Notes under the pieces: model-generated
Told to the model about the DNA's origin: nothing
Databases searched by the model: none
The model's input: the letters and a program-made list of their open reading frames with translations, nothing else
Shown: in pieces, positions 61,700-64,000 of the stretch
How positions within the stretch are numbered: the stretch's first letter is position 1
How the letters are laid out: each line of letters opens with the position of its first letter
Translations under genes and position numbers: made by a program
Assembly: GCA_020536535.1 (NCBI GenBank)
Contig: JAHLWZ010000812.1
Coordinates: 1 to 64,000, forward strand
Origin: Pelomyxa schiedti
Lineage: Eukaryota > Protista > Evosea
Length of the DNA stretch: 64,000 nt
Direction: 5' to 3'

Positions 61700-64000
61700 G
61701 ATGTTGTGGATAGGGTGATTGGTATACTTCAGGCGCAATCTGAGAAGTTCTCCTCTCAACTCCAGCAAATGCACGAATTGCTCCAATATCACGTGACTTT
61801 GGCTGGTGAGGGTGTTTTCCAGAAGCAAGGTGGAATTGCTGGTCTCACTTCAGGCCTGTGGTATACTTCTCTCCAAGGTATCTTAGAGATTCCAATATTT
61901 TGTATTGCCAGCTTCTAACCCTGTGATTAGGCATCTTAGGTATTTATTCTCTCAGTCTTCCTTCCTGAAATTAAAGTGAAAAAGAACCAGGTTCAGAAAT
62001 ATGCTCTCCACCACCTTGTGTGAATCAGATTGCTGACCCTAATGATATTATTACCTTTCAACTACCTCAACCTCAACAACCCCAACAACCTAGTGCAGCA
62101 GCTACAGGGATGGACATCAGTACTATCAAAGCACAATTGTTATCAGCAGGTCCACAAGAAAAACGAGGAGCTATTGCCTTGCTCGAAAAGGCACCAACAG
62201 CAGATTTAGTACAGTTAGGTTTTCTTCTTCCTTTTTACCTAAGAGCCGAAACTTATCGTTGTCCGATTTTAGATGTGCCCACCCTGAAATTTTGTCTGCA
62301 ATTTTGAACTGGATTCACCCAACAGGAGCTGAACCCCTAGAGACCTCTTTGCTTGTGGCTTTGCTAAAAGTACCCCAGTTAATTACCTTTTACAACTTAA
62401 AAGGATCAGGTGTTTGAGCGATTGAATTTATCTGTGGATGTTCTGCAAAAATGTCCTTTGGAGCAAGAAGTCAACCTTCTCCACAATCATTCAAATCCCC
62501 AAGTTAAACTACTATCAAAGGCATTAACACTAAAAATTCAAAGGATTCACCATCCAGGTGACGAGTCCTCTCCACTGCGCTGTTACTAATCTTTGGTCAG
62601 ATCTCAAAACAACTGCAAAGCCAAAAAAAGTGAATGGTCCCCCAAAAACGGGAGGTGCTGTTAGAAAGCGCACCACACAGTAATACTTTATTTCATTTTT
62701 ATTAACCCCTTACTTTCTTGAAGGCCTGGAGAGGTTGAGCCTCCTCCCAATAAAAAAGGTAGAAATGATTTGAAGCAAGTACTAAACTTACCACTCTGCA
62801 GCCAATGTCAATACTATTGTCAAGCCCAAAGTAGCTACGATAAAGGCAGCAGCAAAAGTGGTACCCAGCATGCCAAAGTTACGTGCCTCTGTCTCTCCTG
62901 CTGCAGCAGCTGTACAGCCCATTCATCCACCTGCCCCTATCAAGCACATTGACACCAAGAAATTGAACAACAAACAGAAGGTGAAAAAACCAGAAGAAAA
63001 ACCAGAAATAAAAAAAAATGATGTTGAGAAGAAAGCTGGGATTGCAAAAGTGTGTAATATCCCTGAAGTGAAAAAAATCTTATCATCATCAGGCACATGA
63101 TGAATTTGATGCCCTTTTAACAGCTGATGACACTTCACCTGTTGCAGCGCGCTTGTCAAAAGTTTATGCACAACCAAAATGCAAATTAATCTCAACAACT
63201 GAAGTGTGTATGTTAGTTCAACTTCAAGATTAGTCACTCCTCGAAACCAAAGGAAAGAAAAGCACCTAAGAAAACAAGCTTTTACGAAGCCCAGCCTCTT
63301 TCTGCAGATGACATCCGTAAGGCCAAACAGAGAGCGTTGTATTCTGGGCAATCCGCTACACCGTCAAATACCACTACCCCCACATCTACACTCGCTGCAT
63401 CACTGGCAGCGTCTCAGGAGAAAGATGTGAAGAGAACATTTGCAGGCCCCCAGCCTCCCCAAGTATCTCAGGTATGTGGCTGATATCCTATTTTCGCCCA
63501 TGAATCACTCTCTATAAGACCGTAGAGTCCCCCAAGCCACTAGAAAAAAGCCCCGATTCTACACCAGAGAGAGATGATGATGAGGTATAATTTACTAAGC
63601 TTTCAAACATCTGAATTCTTCAAGGCGCCTTTATTTGGTAACCTGCCTAAAAAGAAGCGTGTCTCCTGGAATGAAGTGCTATTCGAAATTCAGGAGTATG
63701 ACATCGACGAAGATGAAGAGGAAGTTACTAACTATACATCCTTTTTCTTGATACTCACAATGAATTAGCCTGCTGTGCATTACAGTTGCGAGGAGGCCCG
63801 GCAAATGGAAGCTGAAATGGAACGAAAATATATGAAACAACGATCTGAAGACATTCTCAATGCAGCAAAGCAAAACTTGGAACCCACTATTGAGTGGTAC
63901 ACACCGCCAGGTATTATGAAGTCCTTCTTTGAAAAGTCACACATCTCCAGCACTGGACCTCCCTCCGGTAACCAGGGGGCAAGACAGTATGGAAAAAACC
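61700..64000 (+). CDS. PNUTS/PPP1R10-like PP1 regulator (TFIIS-N-like region, RVxW motif); partial, start uncertain
   Basis: FERLNLSVDVLQKCPLEQEVNLLHNH.NPQVKLLS region; KKKRVSWNEVLFEIQEY; EPTIEWYTPP. Confidence 0.65.

Overview
Gene-dense, intron-rich eukaryotic genomic DNA: short (mostly about 35-60 nt) GT-AG introns, a few GC-AG, tiny intergenic gaps and GC-rich first exons. Gene content and style suggest an amoebozoan protist, possibly an archamoeba; this is inference only. Recognisable genes: dCache/TM class I cyclic-nucleotide phosphodiesterase, FBXL4-N-like + LCCL protein, peptide deformylase, AP-4 beta, RasGAP, exosome Rrp46, TDP2-like EEP, PRRC2-like protein, RNF126-like RING-H2, secernin, RapGAP, NC2-beta, dihydrolipoamide dehydrogenase, USP53/54-like DUB, F-box/Arf fusion and PNUTS-like protein. 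Most notable: an unannotated module in three copies (about 1-1.5 kb, 47.7-50.1 kb, 50.6-53.4 kb). Each has an unknown protein gene (F-box-like in copies B and C) and, upstream on the opposite strand, a predicted structured RNA. These RNAs share a two-strand internal-loop motif (X = ACUGACUYCCGC, Y = GCCUGGCUGCUGG) set in unrelated helices, once as a single motif and once as a two-fold symmetric pair. Also notable: a catalytically intact peptide deformylase with a secretory-type signal peptide. Exon boundaries were read by eye and are approximate.
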